A stretch of DNA of 64,000 bases from positions 210,607-274,606 of the forward strand of contig CAVSKS010000002.1 of assembly GCA_963728605.1 (NCBI GenBank), in the 5' to 3' direction. The notes below the pieces were generated by a model, which ran no database searches, was not told the DNA's origin, and worked only from the letters and a program-made list of their open reading frames with translations. Position numbers and translations under genes: made by a program. Below, in pieces: positions 49,591-58,447 of this stretch. Each line of letters begins with the position of its first letter. Position 1 is the first letter of the stretch. Origin of the DNA: an uncultured Chloroflexia bacterium. GTDB taxonomy: Bacteria > Chloroflexota > Limnocylindria > Limnocylindrales > CSP1-4.

Positions 49591-50708
49591 CGCAGTCGCC
49601 GCTCCGCGAAGGCTTCGAGCCGGGCCAGCCCCTCCGGCAGGTTCTCCCGACCGAACCCGAGCCGGAAGTGGTTTCCCTCGTGGCCGAACTGCGACCCGGG
49701 GAGCAGCAGCACGCCCTCCGCCTCGACGAGCTCCGCCGCGAAATCGTCGATCGGTAGGTCGCACAGCAGCCGCGGGTAGCCGATGGAGCCGCCGCGGGGC
49801 CGAACCCACGAAAACCAGCTGGAACGTCGCCGGAAGAAGTCGTCGAGCACGTCGAGGTTGTCGTGGACGACCCGGAGCGATCGGCCCAGGACCTGCTCGC
49901 GAGCGCGCAGCGCGATCAGGGCCAGCACCTCAGACGGGGCCGATGAGCAGATCGTCGTGTAGTCCTTCATCCGCGCACAGCGGTCGAGCAGGTCGTGGTC
50001 GCGCGACGCCAGCCAGCCGATCCGGAGGCCGGCCATGGCGAACGACTTCGACATGACGCCGAGCGAGATGCCCTGCCGGTAGGCGTCGGCGCCGGGCAGC
50101 AGTCGGTCGGCCTCGTCCATCTCGAGGTACCGGTAGACCTCGTCGGCCAGGAGGTGAATGCCCCGATCGGCGAGCTCGTCGGTCAGGCGGGCCCACTCGT
50201 GGTGGGTCGGCAGCATGCCGGTGGGATTGTGCGGCGCGTTGACGGCGACGAGCTTCGTCTCCGGACGCAGGGATCGGATGAGCCGCTCGACGTCGAGCCC
50301 CCAGCGTTCGGATTCGTGGAGCTCGTGGAGCGTCACCTCGGCGCCCGCGCCGCGGGCCACCTCGTAGAGCGACTGGTAGCCGGGCCAGGTGACGACGGCG
50401 TGGTCCCCCGGTCCGAGGGCCACGTTCATCAGGCAGTAGATCGCCTCCTCCGCCCCCGCGAAGACGAGGACCCCGTCGGGGTCGACGTGTTCGTACAGCT
50501 CCGCGATCTCCGCCCGCAGCAGCGGGTGACCGGGCGCCTCCGTGTAGCCGAGGTGGAGCCTGTCCCACATCGCGCGTGTCTCGTCGTCGGCCAGGGCCAG
50601 CACGTCCGCCATCCGCCAGCCCTCGACGTCGGAGGCGCACAGCAGGTAGCGGACGTTGAACTCCCAGCGGGCGAAGTAGCGCTCGAGGGCGAAGTCGGCG
50701 AGGCGCAT
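49587..50708 (-). CDS. PLP-dependent aminotransferase class I/II
   Basis: NAPHNPTG, DEVY, SKSF...GLRIGW. Confidence 0.92.
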   Translation of the reverse strand: MRLADFALERYFARWEFNVRYLLCASDVEGWRMADVLALADDETRAMWDRLHLGYTEAPGHPLLRAEIAELYEHVDPDGVLVFAGAEEAIYCLMNVALGPGDHAVVTWPGYQSLYEVARGAGAEVTLHELHESERWGLDVERLIRSLRPETKLVAVNAPHNPTGMLPTHHEWARLTDELADRGIHLLADEVYRYLEMDEADRLLPGADAYRQGISLGVMSKSFAMAGLRIGWLASRDHDLLDRCARMKDYTTICSSAPSEVLALIALRAREQVLGRSLRVVHDNLDVLDDFFRRRSSWFSWVRPRGGSIGYPRLLCDLPIDDFAAELVEAEGVLLLPGSQFGHEGNHFRLGFGRENLPEGLARLEAFAERRLR

Positions 50709-50746
50709 CACCGGAGATGATGCGGCTCCCCGGCTATCCTCGTCAG

Positions 50747-51664
50747 ATGAGCGGACCGATCGTGGTCGTTGGCGTGCCCACGGCGTTGGGTGGCGCGAAG
50801 CCCGGCCAGGAGCAGACGCCGACGCGGCTCCGCGAGCTCGGGCTGCTGGACCTGCTGGTCGCTCGGCCCGGGCTCAGCGGCGCCGAGGTGCTCGATTCGG
50901 GCGACCTGGCGATCGAGCCAGGGTTCCAGGCTGACCCGCACCCGACGGCGAAGAACGCAGCGGCCATCGCCGAGTTCCTGCCTCGCGAACGGGACCTGGT
51001 CGCACGCGCCCTCGGCCAGGCGCCCGAGCGAGCCCGCCTCCTGGTCCTGGGCGGCGACTGCACCGCCCATGCGGGGGCAATGGCCGGCTTCCGACAGGCC
51101 CGCCCGGAGCGACGGCTCGCGATCGCCTGGTTCGATGCTCACGGCGACTCCAACACCCCGGACACGACCCCGTCCGGCGACGTCTGGGGGATGCCGTTCG
51201 CGATGCTGCTGGGTCGCGGGTCGGCGGAGTTGGTCGACGCCTGCGACGGACCGACGGTGGCCGCGGAGGATGCGGCCTTGTTCGGCGGCCAGGTCCTCGA
51301 CGAGACCGAGTCCCGGATGCTGGCGGCCTCCCCGGTCGCCCACTTCGGGGCCGGGATGCTGGCAACCAACGCCGGGATGGCGGCGGTCGCCGGCTGGGCG
51401 TCGGCCGTCGCCGCACGGGTCGACGGGATCTACGTGGCGGTCGACCACGACGTCCTCGACGGCGCCGGCGGCTGGGCGGTCCAGTTCCCCGAACCGAACG
51501 GCCTTTCGCTGGAGACGGCGGCCAGGGCCATCAGGACTCTGGCCGGACGGATGCCGGTCGTCGGCTTCGGGGCGACGGGCCTGAACCTCGTCGCGGGTGG
51601 CGATCGTCCGAAGACGGTCGATGCGGTCGCAACGCTGGTGGAGGCGGCGCTCGGCCCCGTTTAG
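50747..51664 (+). CDS. Arginase/ureohydrolase family protein
   Basis: LGGDC, WFDAHGD.NTP..TPSG, VDHDVLD, P.GL. Confidence 0.88.
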   Translation: MSGPIVVVGVPTALGGAKPGQEQTPTRLRELGLLDLLVARPGLSGAEVLDSGDLAIEPGFQADPHPTAKNAAAIAEFLPRERDLVARALGQAPERARLLVLGGDCTAHAGAMAGFRQARPERRLAIAWFDAHGDSNTPDTTPSGDVWGMPFAMLLGRGSAELVDACDGPTVAAEDAALFGGQVLDETESRMLAASPVAHFGAGMLATNAGMAAVAGWASAVAARVDGIYVAVDHDVLDGAGGWAVQFPEPNGLSLETAARAIRTLAGRMPVVGFGATGLNLVAGGDRPKTVDAVATLVEAALGPV

Positions 51665-52356
51665 TCGGCCACCCGGAGCAGACCGGCGGCGAGCTCCACG
51701 AACGCCGCCTCGCCGAGGCCGTGGCCCACTGCCAGCCAGCTGACCGCGGCACCCCGATCGGCCACGATCGCCAGCGTGCCCTCCGTGCCGACCACGAGGG
51801 TCGCGTCACGATCGCCGAATGCCGCGGGGCCGGCGTCCTGGCCTGCCGGGACGCAGCCAGTGCCGTCCTCGCAGAAGGCGCCTTCCTTGAGTTCGAAGCT
51901 CGTGCCGCCCGGACCGCGATAGGTGGCGGCCATCCGGCCGCCGCTGGCGAGCTGGTAGTTGCCGGCCTCGAAGAACCAGCCGTTCGGCAGGACGGCGCAG
52001 TAGACGTCCCAGTCCACGGCCGCGGCAACGTCGGCGTAGAAGTCCTGGTGGCGTTCCTCCCCGGTGCAGCCGGCGGCGGTCCCCGGGGTCACGCTGGGTC
52101 GGGGCGTCTCCGGCACGGGCGGGAGCGATTCGGGCGGATCCGTGGGGGTCGGTAGCGGCGTCTCGACCGGTGGCGGGGGCGTCGTGGGCACTGCGGCGCC
52201 AGAGACGCGGGGCGTGTCGGAGATGCTGGGCTCGGTCGCGGACGCGCCGGGGTCGCATCCCGCGAGAACGGCCAGCGCGACGAGTGACAGGGCCGCGATC
52301 CGGTGGGCGCTCGTTCGGAGTCCCGTCCGAGACCGCGTCGTCCGCGCTCGGTTCAC
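51661..52356 (-). CDS. Hypothetical lipoprotein
   Basis: LAGC lipobox; Pro/Thr linker; Cys-containing domain. Confidence 0.7.
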   Translation of the reverse strand: MNRARTTRSRTGLRTSAHRIAALSLVALAVLAGCDPGASATEPSISDTPRVSGAAVPTTPPPPVETPLPTPTDPPESLPPVPETPRPSVTPGTAAGCTGEERHQDFYADVAAAVDWDVYCAVLPNGWFFEAGNYQLASGGRMAATYRGPGGTSFELKEGAFCEDGTGCVPAGQDAGPAAFGDRDATLVVGTEGTLAIVADRGAAVSWLAVGHGLGEAAFVELAAGLLRVAD

Positions 52357-52379
52357 GCCGGCGAGGGTAGCACGGCGGC

Positions 52380-53120
52380 CTAGCCGGCCAGCCGCACCAC
52401 CTGTGGGTCGACCCCGAAGACGTCCCGGATCCGCTCGCCCGTCAGGACCTCTCCCGGGGGTCCGTCGGCGACGATCTCGCCGCGGTCGATCAGCACTAGC
52501 CGCGGGAAGAAATGCACCGCCAGCCCGAGATCGTGGAGGACGGCCAGGATCGTCGTCCCGTCGCGTTCGTTGAGATCGGCCAGCAGCTCCATCGCCCCCA
52601 CCTGGTGCCGGAGGTCGAGGTGGACGGTCGGTTCGTCGAGCAGCAGGACCGGGGCCGCCTGCGCCACCGCCATCGCCAGCAGGACGAGCTGCCGCTCGCC
52701 GAGCGACAGTTCCCGTGCGTCGCGGCCAAGGAGATGTCCCACCCCGACCCGCTCGATGGCACCGGCGACCGCTGCCCGGTCGGCCGGCCGGGCGCCCCGG
52801 AAGGGGTCCTCGTGCGGCAGGCGGCCCAGGCCCACGACCTCCTCGACGGTGGTCGCAAAGGGGATCGTCGCCCCCTGCGGGACCACGGCCAGCCGGCGGG
52901 CGATCGCCAGCCGGTCGAGGCTGCCGAGCGGCCTGCCACCGAGGGTCACCTGCCCCCTTGCCGGGCTGAGCACGCCGGCAATCACCCGCAGCAGCGTCGA
53001 CTTGCCGGCACCGTTCGGCCCGATCAGGGCGACCCGCTCACCCTTGGCGATCTCGAGGGTCACGTCGTGGAGTGCCGTGCGCTGGCGGTACTCGGCCGTG
53101 ACGCCGTCCAGCCGGATCAC
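52380..53120 (-). CDS. Cobalamin/iron-chelate ABC transporter ATPase (BtuD-like)
   Basis: GPNGAGKS, LSLGERQ, LLDEPT.HLD, LHDL. Confidence 0.92.
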   Translation of the reverse strand: MIRLDGVTAEYRQRTALHDVTLEIAKGERVALIGPNGAGKSTLLRVIAGVLSPARGQVTLGGRPLGSLDRLAIARRLAVVPQGATIPFATTVEEVVGLGRLPHEDPFRGARPADRAAVAGAIERVGVGHLLGRDARELSLGERQLVLLAMAVAQAAPVLLLDEPTVHLDLRHQVGAMELLADLNERDGTTILAVLHDLGLAVHFFPRLVLIDRGEIVADGPPGEVLTGERIRDVFGVDPQVVRLAG

Positions 53121-54196
53121 AGCTCGTACCCGGTTCGGGCACGGCGGAGGAGGACCAGGAAGAAGGGTGCCCCGATCGCCGCCGTCACCACGCCGACCGG
53201 GATGTCGCCGAGCAGGCGCGCCGCGAGATCGGCGAACGTCATCAGGCTGGCCCCGAACAGGGCCGACAGCGGAAGGACGAGCCGGGCGTTCGGGCCGACG
53301 AGGAGCCGGACGACGTGCGGCACGACCAGACCAACGAAGCCGATCAGGCCACTGATCGCCACCGCGGCGGCGGTGATCAGTGAACCGAGGGCCAGCAGGA
53401 TGGCGCGCTCCCGCCGGACGTCGACGCCGAGATGGGCGGCCGCCTCCTCGCCCAACAGCAGTCCGTTCAATGCCCTGGACCTGGCCGCGACGAGGATCGC
53501 CGGGATCAGCACCAGCGGGGCGGCGGTTGCGAGGCGGAGCCAGGTCGCGCCCTCGAACCCGCCTAGGAGGTACGAGAAGATCTGGCGCAGGCTGGCGCCC
53601 GAGAGGTACATCGCCATCGCCAGCCCGGCAGCCAGCAATGAACCCACCGCATAGCCGGTCAGGAGCAGGCTGGTGAGGGGCGCCAGGCCGCTGACACGCG
53701 AGAGGCGGTAGACGGTCAGCACGGCCCCCAGGGCGCCGAGGAAGGCCAGCCCGTGGAGGAGCCCGAACTCGAGGAACAGCACCCGGACGGGGATGAGGAC
53801 CGCGATCGCGGCCCCCAGGGCCGCGCCAGATGCGGTGCCGAGGACATACGGGTCCGCCAGCGGATTGCGCAGCAGCCCCTGGAAGGTGGCGCCCGCGACC
53901 GCCAGGCCGAGGCCGACCAACATCGACGTCATGACCCGTGGCAGGCGGAGATCGAACACGATCGTCTCCGACGCGGGCGTCCAGGTCACCGGCGTGTCGA
54001 GGCCCAGCAGCCGGTTGCCGAGGATCCCGAGGGTGTCCCCCGGCGCGACCGCCACCGAACCGAGGGCCACCCCGGCGACCAGGGCGATGGCCAGGCCCAC
54101 GAAGCCGGCCGCGGCCAGGAGGAGCGGCCGGCGACGGACCAGGATCGGCCGGGCCAACGCCCGGCCAACCGTGATCGCCTCGCCGCCGGCCGCCAT
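53117..54196 (-). CDS. FecCD/BtuC family ABC permease
   Basis: LRLPR, QGLLRNPLADP, GEEAA.HLGV, IGFVGLVVPH. Confidence 0.93.
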   Translation of the reverse strand: MAAGGEAITVGRALARPILVRRRPLLLAAAGFVGLAIALVAGVALGSVAVAPGDTLGILGNRLLGLDTPVTWTPASETIVFDLRLPRVMTSMLVGLGLAVAGATFQGLLRNPLADPYVLGTASGAALGAAIAVLIPVRVLFLEFGLLHGLAFLGALGAVLTVYRLSRVSGLAPLTSLLLTGYAVGSLLAAGLAMAMYLSGASLRQIFSYLLGGFEGATWLRLATAAPLVLIPAILVAARSRALNGLLLGEEAAAHLGVDVRRERAILLALGSLITAAAVAISGLIGFVGLVVPHVVRLLVGPNARLVLPLSALFGASLMTFADLAARLLGDIPVGVVTAAIGAPFFLVLLRRARTGYEL

Positions 54197-54198
54197 CG

Positions 54199-55236
54199 TC
54201 AGCGGGCCAGGGCTGCAGCGAGCGGCGACGCCTCGGGCAGCTCGAGGTCCGGATGGATGGCCAGGGCGAGCTCCTGCAGCCCGTCGACGAGACGCGGCCC
54301 GGGTCGGGTGATGATCGTGTCGTTGACCGGGTAGATCGCGCCGTCCTTGACCGCAGTCATCCCGCCCCAGCCCGGGCGCTCGCGCACCTGGTCCGGCGTC
54401 GCCGCCGGGTTCCCGAGCAGGATGATCTCAGGATCGGCGGTCAGCAGCTCTTCGAGCGAGATGACGTAGCTGTCGTCGGTCAGGATCGGCGCCGAGCCGG
54501 CCAGCTCCAGCATCTCGCCGTACACCGACGTGGCCGACGGGGTGTAGATCGTGTCAGTGGCGTCGATCTCGTAGAAGACCCGCGGCTTGGGCAGGTCCGC
54601 GGTCGCGGCGCCAATCGCGTCGAAGGCATCCTGCATCGCGGCGGTGAGCTGCCGGGCTTCCTCGCCGGTCCCGGTCGCATCGCCGATCTTCTCGATGCCG
54701 CCGAACGCGGACGCCGTGTCGGCGGGGTACAGGACGAGGACGGGCACGTCGAGCAGGCGCAGCTGGTCGATGGCGTCGCCCTGGTTGAAGTTGACGCCAC
54801 CGGCGATCACCAGGTCGGCCTCGAGGTCGACGATCGCCTCGACGTCGACGCCCTGGAACGTCGCCACGATCGGCAGGTCGTCCGCTTCGGGCGGGTACGG
54901 GGTGATGTCCTCGACCTTCGCGACGACGCGATCACCGACGCCGATGGCGAACAGGATCTCCGTTGCGGCCGGGGTGAGCGACACGATCGCCTCGGGCTGT
55001 TCCGGGATCGTGACGTCGATGCCGTCGTCGTCGGTCAGCGTGACCGGGAAGGGCGGCGGGCTGGCGGTGAGGGACGGCGCCGGGGTGGCCGACGTGGCCG
55101 GCGCGATCGACTGGGTGGCGTCGGGCGGGACGGTGACCCGGGCAGCCGGGCCGGTGCAGGCGGCGCCCAGGGCGAGGCTGACGACGAGCGCAACGAGGAA
55201 CGGGAAACGGCGGATCGGGGAGATGGGAGTAGCCAC
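54199..55236 (-). CDS. Cobalamin-binding lipoprotein (BtuF-like)
   Basis: GAAC lipobox; FPVT.TD, IVSL.P..TEILFA.G, AVK.G.I, RPGPR. Confidence 0.9.
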   Translation of the reverse strand: MATPISPIRRFPFLVALVVSLALGAACTGPAARVTVPPDATQSIAPATSATPAPSLTASPPPFPVTLTDDDGIDVTIPEQPEAIVSLTPAATEILFAIGVGDRVVAKVEDITPYPPEADDLPIVATFQGVDVEAIVDLEADLVIAGGVNFNQGDAIDQLRLLDVPVLVLYPADTASAFGGIEKIGDATGTGEEARQLTAAMQDAFDAIGAATADLPKPRVFYEIDATDTIYTPSATSVYGEMLELAGSAPILTDDSYVISLEELLTADPEIILLGNPAATPDQVRERPGWGGMTAVKDGAIYPVNDTIITRPGPRLVDGLQELALAIHPDLELPEASPLAAALAR

Positions 55237-55278
55237 GGCGGTCTCCGAGCGGCAGGCGGGATGAAGCGCGAGAGAATC

Positions 55279-55312
55279 GAAAACCCCTCGCTTCAGGTCG
55301 AAGGAGGGGTTC
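55279..55312 (-). terminator. Riboswitch expression-platform terminator
   Basis: Minus strand AACCCCTCCTTCG-ACC-TGAAGCGAGGGGTT-TTCG between the aptamer and the btuF-like start. Confidence 0.65.
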
Positions 55313-55364
55313 AGCCGGTCGGACGCATGGTGCCTGCCCTTTCTCTCGAAGGTGAGCAAACCTC

Positions 55365-55472
55365 CGCGGGGTCGGCGACCGGACTTCCGTGGCTCTGGTG
55401 AGCGTTGGTTACCGTAGCGGGACTGTGCCGGATTCACACCGGCTTCGCGACCGACGCGGCTTGTTGGAATGT
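55365..55472 (-). promoter_or_regulatory. Cobalamin riboswitch
   Basis: Minus strand GAAGCCGGTGTGAATCCGGCACAGTCCCGCTACGGT...AAGTCCGG..GCCGACC (B12-box-like), upstream of the btu-like operon. Confidence 0.88.
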
Positions 55473-55539
55473 CTGTTGAGCGTAGCACAGCCGCCCGGAC
55501 TGCCAGATCCGGCCGGTGATGGCACACTGCCGCACGCTC

Positions 55540-56457
55540 ATGGCGATGATCCTCCGCGGCGCGACCGTCCTGCTCCTGTCGATGGCCGTGGTCGGCTGCG
55601 GCGCGGACCCCGACCGGCCCAGCCGTACGGCGCAGCGACCGCCGCTCGATGGTCTCGTCCTGCTGTCGGGCACGACCGACGCCCAGTCACTGGTCACCTG
55701 GGAGACGGGCGGGTCGGAGCGCGACCTCCCGCTCGCGGACCCCGGCACCGCCTGGCTGTCCGCCAACCGGCACGGACGGCTGCTGGTCACGCTGGCCGAT
55801 GGCACGCTCCGGCGGAGCACGCTGCTCACGTCCGGCGACCCCTTCGAGTGGCAACCGACGCCCGATGAGGACGCCCACCTGCCGAACGAGCCGCTCTACT
55901 TCGCTACCTGGTCGCCGGACGGTCTGGCGGCAGCGGCGATCGCAACCGACCTGCGTGAGCGGTGGACCCTGGTCATCATCGACCCGCTCGAGGACGCGAC
56001 CCTCGAGATCGCCATCGCTCCGGCGGTGGTCCCGGCGCCTCCGGCCTGGCTCGACGACGACCGGGTGGTCATCGCCGCGGGTCAAGGGATCACGGTCCTC
56101 AACACCCAGACCCGGGAGGTCATCCCGGGGCCGGCGGGGGTCGGCCTGCTTTCGGTGGCCGCCGACGGCGAGCGGAGCGCCGTAGCCCGCCCGGACGGCA
56201 GCACGATCGACGTACGCCTGACGGCGGCGTGGCTGGCCGGCGGGTCCGCGGTCGAGGCGTCGCTCGAGGGCGACGGACGCGTTGGCGGGCTCGCGTTGGA
56301 CCGGCGCGGCCAGCGACTCGCGGCCATCTGGGAGCGGTCCGACGGGCAACCGTCGGTGATGACGATCTATGAGCGCGAGGGCACGTCCTGGGGCGAGGTC
56401 GACTCGCGGGAACTGCCTGGTGGCGCGGTCCGGGGCGTGGTCAGCTGGCTGCCCTGA
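55540..56457 (+). CDS. Hypothetical lipoprotein (beta-propeller-like)
   Basis: VVGC lipobox; WSPDG and PAW.D repeats. Confidence 0.7.
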   Translation: MAMILRGATVLLLSMAVVGCGADPDRPSRTAQRPPLDGLVLLSGTTDAQSLVTWETGGSERDLPLADPGTAWLSANRHGRLLVTLADGTLRRSTLLTSGDPFEWQPTPDEDAHLPNEPLYFATWSPDGLAAAAIATDLRERWTLVIIDPLEDATLEIAIAPAVVPAPPAWLDDDRVVIAAGQGITVLNTQTREVIPGPAGVGLLSVAADGERSAVARPDGSTIDVRLTAAWLAGGSAVEASLEGDGRVGGLALDRRGQRLAAIWERSDGQPSVMTIYEREGTSWGEVDSRELPGGAVRGVVSWLP

Positions 56458-56469
56458 GGGCAGCCGCGA

Positions 56470-56748
56470 TCAGGCGCTGGGGACGGGCTGCTGGGCGGAG
56501 AAGATCGAGACCTGCGCCTCTTCGGGCAGCATGACGCCCATGATCTTCTGCAAGGTCAGCAGGTGGACGCACGAACTCCAGCTCTCGAAGTAATGGCAGG
56601 TGCAATGCCACGAACCGGCGTCGAGACTGACATGGTGGGTGTCGTTGTCGCCACGGAAGGTGAGCGAGAGCCGGTCGATCGTGATCCGATCGAGCTCCCG
56701 CGCGTAGCGGTTTGCCTTCTCGACCTTGCCGATCAGTGAGCTGTGCAT
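56470..56748 (-). CDS. Small SWIM zinc-finger protein
   Basis: CTC-x8-CVH; GGAGG SD; MHSSLIGKVEKA.RYA N-terminus. Confidence 0.8.
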   Translation of the reverse strand: MHSSLIGKVEKANRYARELDRITIDRLSLTFRGDNDTHHVSLDAGSWHCTCHYFESWSSCVHLLTLQKIMGVMLPEEAQVSIFSAQQPVPSA

Positions 56749-56970
56749 CGCGGTCGAACCTCCGGCCCCCGAGAGGGCACCTTGGCAGCCCGCCGTCCGG
56801 TCATGCACCATCGACCGGTGATGGCGGTCGCGTGACCTAAGCCTACACCGGAGGGCTGGGTCGGTCACCCCCCAAATGGCTGCGCTGGGTCGCGAATTGG
56901 TGCCACGCCGCGGGCTTCCGTGCTCCGGCCGCTCGGCCGAGGCACCGACTCAGGCTCCGGCCGCGAGTTC

Positions 56971-57146
56971 CTCGCATACGCTCCCCCGGAGAGCGCTATC
57001 GCATGTCTCGGGCGTCGCCAGAGGGCAAGGTGCTCGCATACGCTCCCCCCGGGAGCATTTGACGCCAGTTCGACCGAATTCGGGGCCGTTCCGCGCGTCC
57101 GCGCCCGGGTTGGTTCTCCTAATGCTCCTCCGGGGAGCGTATGCAG
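56971..57146. repeat. REP/BIME-like cluster: two direct copies and one inverted copy
   Basis: CTCGCATACGCTCCCCC.G.GAGC at 56971 and 57033; reverse-complement copy at 57121-57146. Confidence 0.75.
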
Positions 57147-57218
57147 AAACCTGTGGAGCGTGCGCACGGGCGCGCCGGGATGGGACTGGGAGTCGACGAC
57201 GGAGAAGGGAGCGCGCTG

Positions 57219-57599
57219 ATGGGTCAGCGGACCAACGAGGCGGACATCGCGGCGGTGACGGACATAGTCCGGACCTACTACGACGGCATGATGGTGGGCG
57301 ACGAAGCGAAGCTTGGCCGCGCGTTCCATCCTCGTGCCTCCATCGTCGGCAACGAGCAGGGCGAGTTGTACTGGGCGACCCTCGACGAATTTGTCGCCGA
57401 CTGTAAGAAGGCCGTCGCGGAAGCGGGACCGCACGAATGGCGCATCGATGGCCTCTCGTTTGAAGGCGACACCGCCCTGGTCAGGCTTGGCGGCCAGTAC
57501 GCCGGCGTGTGGTACAGCGACGATCTGTCCATGCTCCGGATCGACGACGCTTGGCGCATCGTCCATAAGACGTTCCACCCACATCCGGGTGTGCGCTGA
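57219..57599 (+). CDS. NTF2-like / putative lumazine-binding family protein
   Basis: Y.DGM..GD...L..AFHP.A; D.LSML..D..WRIV.K. Confidence 0.85.
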   Translation: MGQRTNEADIAAVTDIVRTYYDGMMVGDEAKLGRAFHPRASIVGNEQGELYWATLDEFVADCKKAVAEAGPHEWRIDGLSFEGDTALVRLGGQYAGVWYSDDLSMLRIDDAWRIVHKTFHPHPGVR

Positions 57600-57601
57600 C
57601 G

Positions 57602-58063
57602 CTAGCTTTCGAACGGCGCCTGCGCGATCTCCTCGAGGATGCCCTGGGCGACCATCTCCGCAGCCGCGCAGGTCGGCTTGCGCGAGGCCTGGTCGACGAA
57701 GAGCGCGGCGAACTCGCGCTTGAAGTCGAGCCGCGGATAGGCGGCAAGCAATCCGGGGACGATCTCGGGTCGAACGTCGGTGAAGCGGTCGCCCGTGACG
57801 TCGGTGCCGGTCGAGTCCCAGAGGAGCACGACCTCCGACGCGGGATCGGGCGGCAAAGTCTCGTTGTTGTGCAGTGCTATCACGTCGTAGATCGCTCGGG
57901 CGCGCGCCTCCGGTTCGCCCGCCTCGCGCACAAGACGTTCCGCGGCGATCGCGCTGTCGACCTCGAAGCAGCCGCCGAGGTCGTACGCCGGAACCAGGCC
58001 AATGTCATGGAGCATCGCGGACACGTACAGGATCTCGGGATCGAACTGGAGCTCGTCGTGCCG
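57602..58063 (-). pseudogene. 5'-truncated HD-domain protein remnant
   Basis: DPEILYVSAMLHDIGL...CFEVDSA..A...IALH is present but the N-terminal His helix is absent; the frame begins right after the cupin TAA. Confidence 0.7.
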
Positions 58064-58447
58064 TTACGGGGCGCTGGTGCCCTCACGGCCGTAGTCGTCC
58101 TCGATGCGGACGACGTCCTCGAGCTCCGGGGTCGAGACCTCGAGGACCTCGCTGCGGTCGATGGCCTCGTAGCGATGCCGGCGGCCGACCCGGACGTGGG
58201 CGCCCTCGCCCGGACCCAGCTCCCGGATCTGCAGGTCCCCGGCATCGTCGTCGAGGTAGAGCCGCAGCCGGCCCGAGAGCACGTGGACCCACTCGTCCTT
58301 GCGCTCGTGGTACTGGAGCGACAGCCGCTTGCCGGCCTCGATGACCAGGATCTTGCCGCAGTAGCGGTCGGTCAGAGCCCAGATCTGCTCGTGGCCCCAC
58401 GGCTTGTCGACGAGCCGTGGCTCGAATTCGGTCGTCGCGTCGGTCAC
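58064..58447 (-). CDS. Cupin protein (mannose-6-phosphate isomerase type II C-terminal-like)
   Basis: KPWG.E, LSLQYH..K.E, H, D.VR.ED.YGR. Confidence 0.88.
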   Translation of the reverse strand: MTDATTEFEPRLVDKPWGHEQIWALTDRYCGKILVIEAGKRLSLQYHERKDEWVHVLSGRLRLYLDDDAGDLQIRELGPGEGAHVRVGRRHRYEAIDRSEVLEVSTPELEDVVRIEDDYGREGTSAP

